DNA of 64,000 nt, taken from the IMG/VR virus record IMGVR_UViG_3300025098_000001; one strand, given 5' to 3'. Below the pieces are notes generated by a model, which saw nothing but the letters and a program-made list of their open reading frames with translations, did not search any database and had not been told where the DNA came from. How positions within the stretch are numbered: position 1 is the first letter of the stretch; every line of letters begins with the position of its first letter. This DNA is from an uncultured virus (IMG/VR IMGVR_UViG_3300025098_000001). Lineage: Duplodnaviria; Heunggongvirae; Uroviricota; Caudoviricetes. Positions 21,199-30,740 of this stretch are shown in pieces. The position numbers were made by a program, and so were the translations under genes.

Positions 21199-22386
21199 TT
21201 AAGCACCTCTGTTGTATTTGTCCATTAGTTCGTGAACTTCATTCCAAGACATTTCGGAAATGTTGGAGAAGTCCTCGCTTAGTGTAGCCGAAGCATTTTG
21301 GACTTCTGCGGCCTTAGCGATTGTATTGTTCTCAAGAGATTTCTTGAGTTGTGAAAATTCTTCCTTAAGTGAAAGAACTGCGTCTGCGGCATTAAACTTT
21401 GACTTAGCAATTGCATCAGCCTCAACCTTAAGTTCGTTATTATATCGTGCTTCAAATTCAGCCTTAATAACTTCATAAGCACGAGCCTCTTCTCTTTCAG
21501 CCTTAAATTGTTCGTAAGCCTTTTCGATGTTTGCGTTTGAAAGGTCAAGAGTTTCAATATCCTCGGACTTGTGTTCTACAAATTCTCGGAAATCTTCGGA
21601 CTTCATTTCTTCATCCTTACTACCCATTTTATCTTTCATACCCATTTTTTCTTCATCGTCTTCATCATCTGCTTTCATTTCTTCGTCTTTATAGTCTCCC
21701 ATTTCGACGGACTCCTCTCCTTCATCCATCATCTCAAGTTCTTCCTCTTGGTCAAGAGTGTCCATTGTATTCTTGAGAACCGTGGATTCACGGAGTTCAG
21801 CCATTACTTCATTAAACTCGTTAAGAGCCTTTTCTATTTCTGTGTTCATTTTCTTATCCTCCTTTATTAGGTTAAATTTTGCTTCAGGGTTAATGCCCTC
21901 TTCGCATATGGTGATTTCATGCAATTCAAGTTTATCAATTTCTTTATAACTACCGGTATCGGAGTCATATCTATTTGTCTTGTTTATTGCCTGTCCACCT
22001 ATTGAAAAAGAGCGAAGGTTGCCTTTTCTTATATCTCGTGCAACCTCTTTAGCCTTTTCAATATCATTTCTTAATTTTATCACTACAAAAAACCCTGTAT
22101 CATCAACGCCTGTTTTTAGGACTTTACCATTGGAATCTGTATATTGGTCTACTACTTCACCGACTTGAACATTAGAATGAGTAATCATAACATTTCTATA
22201 TCGGTCTTGTTTCATAAACTTGTCAGCCGCTTCACGAATTGCACCCAAAGTAATCTTATCATTTTGCTTATCTACTACATCAACTGATGCGTAGCCCGCA
22301 ATAACGCATTCGTTATTTGCTTTAAGAATTACGAGTTCTCCGCCACTATTTGGTTCATTACCAAACATAGGTGTTTTCAACTGCAT
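21199..22386 (-). CDS. Prohead protease (HK97-type) fused to acidic/coiled-coil scaffold
   Basis: IAGYASVDVVDKQND, MITHSN, RSFSIGG, LHEITIC..GINPEA motifs; C-terminal E/D/K-rich helical domain. Confidence 0.9.
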   Translation of the reverse strand: MQLKTPMFGNEPNSGGELVILKANNECVIAGYASVDVVDKQNDKITLGAIREAADKFMKQDRYRNVMITHSNVQVGEVVDQYTDSNGKVLKTGVDDTGFFVVIKLRNDIEKAKEVARDIRKGNLRSFSIGGQAINKTNRYDSDTGSYKEIDKLELHEITICEEGINPEAKFNLIKEDKKMNTEIEKALNEFNEVMAELRESTVLKNTMDTLDQEEELEMMDEGEESVEMGDYKDEEMKADDEDDEEKMGMKDKMGSKDEEMKSEDFREFVEHKSEDIETLDLSNANIEKAYEQFKAEREEARAYEVIKAEFEARYNNELKVEADAIAKSKFNAADAVLSLKEEFSQLKKSLENNTIAKAAEVQNASATLSEDFSNISEMSWNEVHELMDKYNRGA

Positions 22387-22409
22387 AATAGGTCCTGTAT
22401 TCTATGAAC

Positions 22410-22419
22410 TATATAAAAG
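22410..22419 (-). promoter_or_regulatory. TATA box for protease/capsid operon (probably leaderless)
   Basis: Minus-strand CTTTTATATA about 24-33 nt upstream of ATG 22386; no SD. Confidence 0.45.
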
Positions 22420-22422
22420 TAT

Positions 22423-24519
22423 TTAATCCGAGGAATCATCTTCATATATGTTTATTAGGCCGGAGTCACTTGATTTTGGTGCAGGTTTTGTTTCATAACC
22501 AGTCCAAGCAAGCCACATCTCTTTACCTTTAACAGGTAAATATCTACAATGTAGTTTTGTTTTTACCTCTTCACCGTTTAAAATATACTCATGGTAGCCT
22601 TTTCTTTGTGCGCCTAAGACCATCGGGCCTCTTTCGAGAAGGTTGTCTGTTTGAGGCTTCGTTATTTGCTTACAAGGGTATTTTCCAGATTCTCCCAAAA
22701 AGTCGTAAATCTGTTCATCTCCACTTACTTTAATCTCCCAAGCCATTTTTCTACCTTGATAAAGTATAATAAAATGTAGATAACCACTATCAGTAATCCA
22801 AAGTTCAAATTCTGCATTCCTTGTTTCTGCTTTATTTAATACATCATCATCGTGTGTAAATTTTCCAGATGAATATAAAATACCATATGTGTCTCCGGCT
22901 TCCATTAGGCGATTTTTCATTTTACCTTCCGCCTTTGCGTCATTACCAAAAAGTCTATTTATCATTTTAGTATCATGTTTAACTGCTCTACTAAAAATAT
23001 CATTGGCTGACAAAGTTCCATAGTCTATAAGTAATTGCTTAACAAATACAAAAAATCTACCATTGTCTTTTCCGTAAGCATCTTTTAGTTCCTGCTTCCA
23101 AAAATCTATATCTAAGGAAGCATTTTTAGACATTAAATTATTGTCCTTAAAGCCGTGAAAAACAAACCCATTTAAATCGAGTTCTGTATTTAATTTAGCA
23201 ACACCGTGTATTCCATCTGTAATTTCATAAGACTTCGTAAGGGCTTCAATCTTGTAGTCGCCAAGACTTTTCTTTCCACCGGTTGTTAAAAATTCAAGAG
23301 TAATTAGTTTGTCCGGTAATTTTACTTCAGGTATTTCGTGAAATTTAGAATTAAATAATGAAAAACCTTTTTTAGGATTACCCATAATTTCGTCAGCCAT
23401 AACACGAATAATAGTTCCTACCTCAACATCTTTTTTAGTATTGGTAGTCTTACCAACATTCATGTAATAGTCTCCACTAATTTCTACAGCCTTAATAGAA
23501 TCTTCCTCAACTGGACCAATGCCCATAGTATAACCAAATGTTCCATTTTTATTTTCCTTTTTATCTAAAACCATAACATCTAAATCAACAAATTTTTTCC
23601 ACTTAATCCACTTAGGGTTTTTCTTCTTTCCTATAACATAGGAAGACTTAGCATCCTTGATTACGACTCCTTCGGATGCCGGATTTTTCATAATATCCAT
23701 AGCATATTCTTCGATTTCCGACAAAGAATCTGCATCTCTTGTATTATTTTTATTAGGGAATAAAACATACTCGTCGGCATTTGCTGAAAAGTTTTTCATA
23801 AGAATCATCAAGCGTTCTTCTAATTTATCCGAAGTGACCGCACTATCTTCAAAATACATAATATCAAAAACATGTGCTTTAATATCTGCCTCTTCTGTAA
23901 TTTTTTTATTTATATGTGCAAGTGTATCGGCACGAACTAATGCTTCACCGTCATTATACATTACGGCTTCTGCATCTAATATACAATTAGGAAAAACCCG
24001 GTCTTCTAATACCTTAACACATTGAGGCATTTTGTCTGTAATGTCTCTCGCATTAAATGTGTATATTTTAACTTTGTTATCAAATTTATGAATCTGTATT
24101 CGTAGGCCATCGTATTTTTCTTGAACAACATATTCCGAAGTAAGACCTTTAATTTCCTTCATATCGTCTATCTCAAATATACGATACATAGGTTTATTTG
24201 GCTCAACAAACTTTTCCGGTCTATCTTGTTTAACTAAAATAGCAGGTGAATTTTTATTATTAAAGTAGTTATATATGTTACCCGCCTTTTCATTATTAAC
24301 TGAAAAAGAATCATCCGAAAATAATACACTATCATCTATATTAGGAAACTGTTCCTTTAGTTTAGGGTCTTTTAATAATTGTCTAAGTTCTACAACTAAT
24401 TTTTGCCAATCCTTTTCGTATGCCTTTGGGTTATCTCTCGCACTTAAAAAAGTAGAGCGAACCATATTTCTTAGCGAAGAAACATTTTTTACCACGCTAT
24501 CGAATTGAGTAAAAAACAT
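22423..24519 (-). CDS. lig: ATP-dependent DNA ligase with N- and C-terminal extensions
   Basis: Motif I QEKYDGLR, III ILDAE, IIIa HVFDIM, IV EGVVIK, V WIKWK, then OB domain; likely ATG 24519. Confidence 0.9.
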   Translation of the reverse strand: MFFTQFDSVVKNVSSLRNMVRSTFLSARDNPKAYEKDWQKLVVELRQLLKDPKLKEQFPNIDDSVLFSDDSFSVNNEKAGNIYNYFNNKNSPAILVKQDRPEKFVEPNKPMYRIFEIDDMKEIKGLTSEYVVQEKYDGLRIQIHKFDNKVKIYTFNARDITDKMPQCVKVLEDRVFPNCILDAEAVMYNDGEALVRADTLAHINKKITEEADIKAHVFDIMYFEDSAVTSDKLEERLMILMKNFSANADEYVLFPNKNNTRDADSLSEIEEYAMDIMKNPASEGVVIKDAKSSYVIGKKKNPKWIKWKKFVDLDVMVLDKKENKNGTFGYTMGIGPVEEDSIKAVEISGDYYMNVGKTTNTKKDVEVGTIIRVMADEIMGNPKKGFSLFNSKFHEIPEVKLPDKLITLEFLTTGGKKSLGDYKIEALTKSYEITDGIHGVAKLNTELDLNGFVFHGFKDNNLMSKNASLDIDFWKQELKDAYGKDNGRFFVFVKQLLIDYGTLSANDIFSRAVKHDTKMINRLFGNDAKAEGKMKNRLMEAGDTYGILYSSGKFTHDDDVLNKAETRNAEFELWITDSGYLHFIILYQGRKMAWEIKVSGDEQIYDFLGESGKYPCKQITKPQTDNLLERGPMVLGAQRKGYHEYILNGEEVKTKLHCRYLPVKGKEMWLAWTGYETKPAPKSSDSGLINIYEDDSSD

Positions 24520-24524
24520 TACCC

Positions 24525-24950
24525 TCACACCATTTCATCACTTGGAGTCAAAGCAGCATCTTCATTAATTGTCAATGTGTGGCGAAGACGCTTAAGTTTT
24601 CCAAGTGCTGTTTCCAATGCGGCTTCAACATCTTTATCTTGTGAATCTTCTGCATTACCTTCGGATTCAATGCGTATCTCTTCTTGGTCCGGTTCTGCTT
24701 TGTATGTCATATTTTCCGGCATTAACTTACTTTCGTAATTTCTTTTAATCATTGTCTGTTCCTTCGTAATAGGTTTAGCCGCCAAGCGTTCAACATTGAC
24801 TTGCTTTCCTGCTTTTTCATTCTTTTGAGCATCTGCTGGTTCATAACCTAAAGCATTAGTCAATAAAACTGTAAGTTCTGTCAATTGTGTTAAAGCATCT
24901 ACTCCTCTAATATCTGCGTCGTCGGCTATCATTTCTTCTTTTTTACTCAT
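24525..24950 (-). CDS. Acidic hypothetical head-cluster protein
   Basis: 141-aa ORF with coupled start/stop overlaps. Confidence 0.65.
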   Translation of the reverse strand: MSKKEEMIADDADIRGVDALTQLTELTVLLTNALGYEPADAQKNEKAGKQVNVERLAAKPITKEQTMIKRNYESKLMPENMTYKAEPDQEEIRIESEGNAEDSQDKDVEAALETALGKLKRLRHTLTINEDAALTPSDEMV

Positions 24951-25183
24951 ATTGTTCCCTCCAAATTTTTAACAAGTGAATCTAAATCACTCCAATCCAT
25001 TTTTGAAATCACATCACCATTAGGCATACCTGATTGAGTTTTTGCACTCGGTCTTGGACTTCGGACAAATCCGGCCTTCATAATTGCCGTGTCCGAATCT
25101 GCTAATTTTTTTTCTAAATCCTTAACCTTGTCGGAAAGGGCCTTTAATATTTCTAAAATTTCAACTGTTGTTTCTTCTTCCAT
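24947..25183 (-). CDS. Small coiled-coil protein with scaffold-like C-terminus
   Basis: Coiled coil followed by ISKMDWSDLDSLVK, resembling the scaffold end ISEMSWNEVHELMD. Confidence 0.65.
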   Translation of the reverse strand: MEEETTVEILEILKALSDKVKDLEKKLADSDTAIMKAGFVRSPRPSAKTQSGMPNGDVISKMDWSDLDSLVKNLEGTI

Positions 25184-25185
25184 TT

Positions 25186-27675
25186 TTATTCCTCCTCATC
25201 ATATACCATGTCGTATAGTTTTTTGTATAGATTTTCATATTTCTTTCTTAGTGATGCGGCTGTCTTCACCATTTGTAGATTTTTAACTCCCAATTTCTCC
25301 AAGAGTTCTGCCTCTTCATCTTCCGCTAAACCGTCAATTATATTTATAACTTTGCCCAATCGGAGGTAATCTTCACCAAAATATTCTGTTGGATGGGCGT
25401 TTTGAAGCATGGTTTTAACCTTACGCCTTTCTTTAGTAGAAAGGCCCGATAGGTCTGCCTTTGAAACTGAACCCGATTTTAAATACAAACCTGCAAATGG
25501 TTCTCCACCCTGCTTAACATTTTCGAGTATTTTTTCCCTTAGTTCGGCTTGAGTATATAGTTCAAACTTTTTATTATTTTCTTCACCTACCATATGACCC
25601 AACGCTAAGGTTCTTTGTCTACCCGTATATGGTTCATAGTCGGTTTTACCTTTATTCTTCAAGGCAATTTCTACAAGTTCGTCTGTCCATTCTTGGAGAT
25701 TTTCCTCCTTTTCTTCAGGCGGCATTTCTTCGGCTTCGGCTCTTGTCTGTTCAAGTTTCTTTTTATTTTCTTCAATAGTCTTAGCAGAAGGGGGGTTATT
25801 AACCCTATATGTTTCCCTAATATCCTCTAATACCTCTTTTTGATTTTCTGTAAGTTCTCGACTATAATTTCCTCTCATAGGTTCATAATCTTTAGGATAA
25901 TCTAATTTAGTTCCAACTGGAACTTTATACTTAGATTCTTTAGGGTAAAGGTTTGGTTTTCTTTGTCTTGGTTTATTTTTTGGACCCGGTTTAGGTTGTC
26001 TTCGAGGTCCTTGAGAATCAGGTCCTTGAGTTCTACCTTCACCTGTTTTCTTTCTACCCGTAACACCTAATTTTGTCGCTAAATTACTTTTAGGTTTTTT
26101 CTGTAATTGGGCCGAAGGAACTTCTGCGAGAAAATATCTACCAAATTGCTTACTGCCCACTTGTTGTTGAAGTATTTTATTTGCTTTGTTCATTTGGTCT
26201 TGAGTAAGAAAACCCGACATTTGCTTTCCTCTATGTAGGAATGTGGCTACATTTTGTAGTAGTTTCATATTTTTTCTTTTTTCAGTGTTAATAAATTGTC
26301 TAAACTTTCGCTGTTCAGTATTTGAATCTAAATATCTTCCTGTGACTACGACTTCTCTTGAAAAAAGGTTTGCCAAATCTGAATTAATTAAATATTGAAT
26401 TGCATAAGCAATTGAATTATTACCACCCTTATCTGCTATTACATTATCAATACCTTCTACGAGATTTTTAATAAATAACCCTTCATCCTTAACATCTGGA
26501 ACTGGTTCATAATTTCTACCCAACCATTCGGAAATCTCACTAAACTTTCCTGTAAGGTCTTCATTTACGGGAAGAATTAGTCTGTTTAAATCTTTACTAT
26601 ATCTTGTTTTGTTATCATTCACGACTTGTAATGAAACTCTATTACCCCTTGAAGACCTATTAAATTCTATGGTCTTATTTTGCACCATCATTATTAATTT
26701 CTGTAAATATCTATCCTCGTCGGATGAACTATCCAATGATGTAGAATCTTCTATTAAAGCCATAATATCTGTAAAATCTCCGGGGTTATTTTCTCGGTAT
26801 TCCTCTATGAGAGGTGAAGAACCACTGTCTACAAATTTATCTAATGAGATAATAAAGTCATTAAAATCAGCATTTGAAATTGGTTGTAGAATAGTTCTTA
26901 TCTGTGATAGGGTTGCTTTTATAGGAGGATTTTGCATCTCTGCTTCAGTTTCTATTCTTCTCGATTCTTCGGCATTTTCAACCATTTGTGATTGTAATTC
27001 TTCTACTTCCATACGAAGATTTGCAAGCATTCTTTTATCAGCAGGAGTTCTTTTATCTTCAATTATATTTTCATAATAATTTAACCTATCTTTTGCTTCT
27101 TTATAATCTCGCTTAAGTTTTGAAGGGGTGGATGTAGGTTCCTTTCTTCTACCATAAGGTGCATCATAAGGTTTATCATCGGGTATAACCCTGTTAACAT
27201 TTTCTTTATCATAGTCAACAATATTTTCTTTATAATGTAAAGCCGCCGCTTCTACTGTAATAGGTAGTTCTGGATTAATTATTTTTTTACCGCTATCTGA
27301 ACCCATTCCCGGTCTTGTAATTGTTTTACCTTTTCCTGATTCTATAACATATATGGGGTAGAATTCATTTCTTCCATACCCGTCATCAATAATTTCTCCA
27401 GCATCATTAATTTGAATACTTTTTTTATTTCCAAAAGCAACAAAAGGATTTGATTTCTTATATGACTGTAAAGTTTCTTTATCCTGTTTAATTTTTTGTA
27501 GCAATTCTTGTCTTTCCTTTCTTTTATCCGTATTAACGAGTCGCTGTATTTTATCTTCATTTACAGAAATAACATCTTCTAAAGCAGAAATTTTTAATGC
27601 CTGTCTAATCTTAATCTCAACTTCACTAAGCGTAGCATTAGGCTTAATATTTCTCTTTAGAATTGTTTCCCACAT
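25186..27675 (-). CDS. Large hypothetical protein with WxxILK leader
   Basis: Starts MWETILKR; 829 aa, charged. Confidence 0.75.
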   Translation of the reverse strand: MWETILKRNIKPNATLSEVEIKIRQALKISALEDVISVNEDKIQRLVNTDKRKERQELLQKIKQDKETLQSYKKSNPFVAFGNKKSIQINDAGEIIDDGYGRNEFYPIYVIESGKGKTITRPGMGSDSGKKIINPELPITVEAAALHYKENIVDYDKENVNRVIPDDKPYDAPYGRRKEPTSTPSKLKRDYKEAKDRLNYYENIIEDKRTPADKRMLANLRMEVEELQSQMVENAEESRRIETEAEMQNPPIKATLSQIRTILQPISNADFNDFIISLDKFVDSGSSPLIEEYRENNPGDFTDIMALIEDSTSLDSSSDEDRYLQKLIMMVQNKTIEFNRSSRGNRVSLQVVNDNKTRYSKDLNRLILPVNEDLTGKFSEISEWLGRNYEPVPDVKDEGLFIKNLVEGIDNVIADKGGNNSIAYAIQYLINSDLANLFSREVVVTGRYLDSNTEQRKFRQFINTEKRKNMKLLQNVATFLHRGKQMSGFLTQDQMNKANKILQQQVGSKQFGRYFLAEVPSAQLQKKPKSNLATKLGVTGRKKTGEGRTQGPDSQGPRRQPKPGPKNKPRQRKPNLYPKESKYKVPVGTKLDYPKDYEPMRGNYSRELTENQKEVLEDIRETYRVNNPPSAKTIEENKKKLEQTRAEAEEMPPEEKEENLQEWTDELVEIALKNKGKTDYEPYTGRQRTLALGHMVGEENNKKFELYTQAELREKILENVKQGGEPFAGLYLKSGSVSKADLSGLSTKERRKVKTMLQNAHPTEYFGEDYLRLGKVINIIDGLAEDEEAELLEKLGVKNLQMVKTAASLRKKYENLYKKLYDMVYDEEE

Positions 27676-27677
27676 AC

Positions 27678-27893
27678 TTACACCTGTCTAAATTTTTTGG
27701 ACATTTTTGGGCCGGGTCGAATAACTCCGGGGATAACAGGGTCTGCCTCAAAGTTATCCGGAGGAACTTCCGGCACATTCATTGTTAAGTCCACAGTTTT
27801 CTTAGGCGTAGGTTCCGGTTTATTAGCCTTTCGCTCAAGGTCTGCCAGTTGTTTCTTTGCTTCATCTAATTTTCTTCTTATCATATTACTCAT
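27678..27893 (-). CDS. Small hypothetical protein
   Basis: GGAG SD; 71 aa; fits operon packing. Confidence 0.6.
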   Translation of the reverse strand: MSNMIRRKLDEAKKQLADLERKANKPEPTPKKTVDLTMNVPEVPPDNFEADPVIPGVIRPGPKMSKKFRQV

Positions 27894-27905
27894 ATTTATT
27901 TCTCC

Positions 27906-30740
27906 TTAATTTCTACTCATATTTCTTCTTGCTATATTTTTAAGTTGTATTGCTTCTGGATTCTTTTTAAGATATTCTTTTATTTCTTCTCTTACTGTTT
28001 CCCTTAATACTTTCCTTGCACCAATCGCGTCGGACATTTTAACATTTGAGATAAAATATTTATATAATTCTATTAAAAAATACATCGGGTATTTTTCATC
28101 TGTCGTAGAATTGGAAATCATTTCTTCAATTATTTTCTCGAAGCGACCTGTAACGCCCTCGTTTGCCCATAAAGTTTCTATCTTATTCTTAGTATTCTCG
28201 TCTAATCTTGGGTCTAAATCGGAAACATGGTCTCCTCCAAACATATACCAATTAAAAGGAAATGGTTCTGCCTCTCTTAGGCTCACACCCATTCTCATTC
28301 CCTCATCACCTGAAGAAAAAAATCCACCACCTTCCAATGGATTAACAAATACACAAGCGGCTTTTGAGCGTTCCGAATTTCTAAATACATGTCCTTCCAA
28401 TCTTTCTTTTACTGCTCTACGAAAAATACCTCCCCAAACTGTGGGTGTAATAATAGGGGTTGAATTCATAGTTATTTCGGGTAAACTGGCCCTTGTTTGT
28501 CTCATGGAACCTACCTTTTGTGTGATGAATACATCTTGATTTTCCTCAAGCCATTTATTAAATACTTCCATTATTTTTTTATTTAGTAAACTTAAAAGCA
28601 TTTTATCGTAAATATGAGGAACGGAGGTATAACATATATCAATGGTTCTATCACCTTGACCTTCTATATCATGGTAGAAGGTATCAAAAGGAAATACAAC
28701 CAATATGCCGTGTGTATTTTCAAAGAATAAATGTCCAGATTTCTGCCTTGTCACTCTATTAAACCTTAAAGGTTCATAGTGTAAAGTAAGCGGGTGGTCT
28801 ATCACACCTTGTCTTTTTAAATTTGGTTCTGATAAAAAATATAAAGATTTTTCACTAGGACTGGCAGGTTTAGATAGACCTACCCTTTCTTTATCTCCGA
28901 TTAATAAATCTTTAGGTTTAGAAATAAGATTATTAATTAAATTAGTTAAATCCATCCTAATATCCCAATCTTGAAAATTAATACTAAATTGTGTAGCATC
29001 ATCAACTAAAGACGGTCTAATTACTTTTATTTCCTGATTATTAATATCTATAAATATAAAATATTGGTATAAATTTCTTAAAATTGTATCAGTTACTTCA
29101 AAATCTGGTTCATTCTTGAGTTCAAAATAAGACTGTAAATATCTTATCATATCGTGCATATTCGTCGCATCGACTCCCTTAATAGATACTAAATACATGT
29201 CTGTCAATTGTTCTGGAACTGAAAAGCCTGAATATTTTAAAAGATTTCTAAAAAAATCACTCACATTACCTTGCCCAGTATTAGGTATATAATTGATAGC
29301 ATAATCTTCACTCGCATATACATCGTCTGCTTTTTCTTCCATAAAATGTTTTATAAATAAAGAATAGTCCTTTAAGACAGAAAAATCAGAAAATGGGTCA
29401 TCAGCCCTGTTAATATATCGAATAAGTTTTTTCTCATAATCTGTTAAAGGGGGAAATTGTTTAAGCATCTTTGTAGTATCACTTGAAGTAGTAGAGGGCG
29501 TGTATTTACGCTGTCCTGAAGAAGATATATAGCCCCCTAATGCCCTATCAACATAGGCATAAAGAATATTATAAAATAATTCTCTCACTCTAATTAAATT
29601 TTCTTGATTACCTCTAAAAAATTTTCTTGATAAGGGTTTATAACTTCCCCATATTTCCTGATACTGTTTGATAGAAGTTTCTATTGCGTTACCTAATTTC
29701 ATGTCTATGCGAGAATTTGAAAGTTGTAAAATATTATTTAATTTTTTTAATTCTGTTTTTATACTATCTTGTTCATCACTATCCATTCTTTTGCGATTAG
29801 GCATAAGTTGAATATTATTAATAGTGCTACTCGAAGGTTTAAAGAAATTTTTGTCAACGGATGAATGTATAAAGTATGTTTTCGCATCTGTAAAATAATA
29901 CCGAATGTCATCAATTTTTTCAACTCGACGATTTACATACCCTTTAACCTTTTTTAATAAAGATGATTGAGCGTCGGGGTCAACCAATTTATCAAAATTT
30001 GGAACTCTAAAATTTTCACTTAATTTAAAAATTGGTGTAAGACTTATAGAGCCAAAGCCAAAGCCACCCGGAGTTATATTAAAATTTTTTGATAACTGGT
30101 TTTTAGTATAACCAGTATTAATTAATAGCGTAGTAGTAATCCTTTCTTCTTGTATGTCAATAAGCAAAGTAGGGTTTAACCCTGCATCTTTATATTCATT
30201 ACAATAGTTTGCTGTTTCCCTAATTTTAGGAATACTGTCCATATCAAAACCACCTAAATTAAGTCTTGATGTTATATATTTCAAAGTGTATCTGGGGGTT
30301 TCTATATTGGAAATTTTTCCTCTTGATTGAATTGCCGTAATGACATTACCTGTTGATTCTACCCCTGTTGACAAAACTGATGTAGGTTTATCTAAACCAG
30401 TGAACACAACTATTGAATTAGATTCAATTAATTTAGAATATTCGGGGCGCTTAAATTCTTCGATTAGCATTTCTTGAATACTTTCAGATTGAAACAAAAT
30501 AAAATTTGTCACAATAGACATAGAAGAATTAGATGTAAGCACCAATATAGGTTTACTTGAGGTTGTTGGAGTATTAACTATTTCATTATAAATTTCTACT
30601 TCTATGTCTGTTTCCGCCAATTCTTCTTTAGTGTCAATAAGAATTAACTTTGAACCTCTTAACGCAAATCTATATATTTTACTAAACATGCCAAATAAGG
30701 TTAAAACTTCTTGTTCGCCCATAAGCCCCTTGTAAATCAT
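27906..30740 (-). CDS. Large hypothetical protein downstream of portal
   Basis: 944-aa ORF with ATGA overlap to portal; no family recognised. Confidence 0.7.
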   Translation of the reverse strand: MIYKGLMGEQEVLTLFGMFSKIYRFALRGSKLILIDTKEELAETDIEVEIYNEIVNTPTTSSKPILVLTSNSSMSIVTNFILFQSESIQEMLIEEFKRPEYSKLIESNSIVVFTGLDKPTSVLSTGVESTGNVITAIQSRGKISNIETPRYTLKYITSRLNLGGFDMDSIPKIRETANYCNEYKDAGLNPTLLIDIQEERITTTLLINTGYTKNQLSKNFNITPGGFGFGSISLTPIFKLSENFRVPNFDKLVDPDAQSSLLKKVKGYVNRRVEKIDDIRYYFTDAKTYFIHSSVDKNFFKPSSSTINNIQLMPNRKRMDSDEQDSIKTELKKLNNILQLSNSRIDMKLGNAIETSIKQYQEIWGSYKPLSRKFFRGNQENLIRVRELFYNILYAYVDRALGGYISSSGQRKYTPSTTSSDTTKMLKQFPPLTDYEKKLIRYINRADDPFSDFSVLKDYSLFIKHFMEEKADDVYASEDYAINYIPNTGQGNVSDFFRNLLKYSGFSVPEQLTDMYLVSIKGVDATNMHDMIRYLQSYFELKNEPDFEVTDTILRNLYQYFIFIDINNQEIKVIRPSLVDDATQFSINFQDWDIRMDLTNLINNLISKPKDLLIGDKERVGLSKPASPSEKSLYFLSEPNLKRQGVIDHPLTLHYEPLRFNRVTRQKSGHLFFENTHGILVVFPFDTFYHDIEGQGDRTIDICYTSVPHIYDKMLLSLLNKKIMEVFNKWLEENQDVFITQKVGSMRQTRASLPEITMNSTPIITPTVWGGIFRRAVKERLEGHVFRNSERSKAACVFVNPLEGGGFFSSGDEGMRMGVSLREAEPFPFNWYMFGGDHVSDLDPRLDENTKNKIETLWANEGVTGRFEKIIEEMISNSTTDEKYPMYFLIELYKYFISNVKMSDAIGARKVLRETVREEIKEYLKKNPEAIQLKNIARRNMSRN

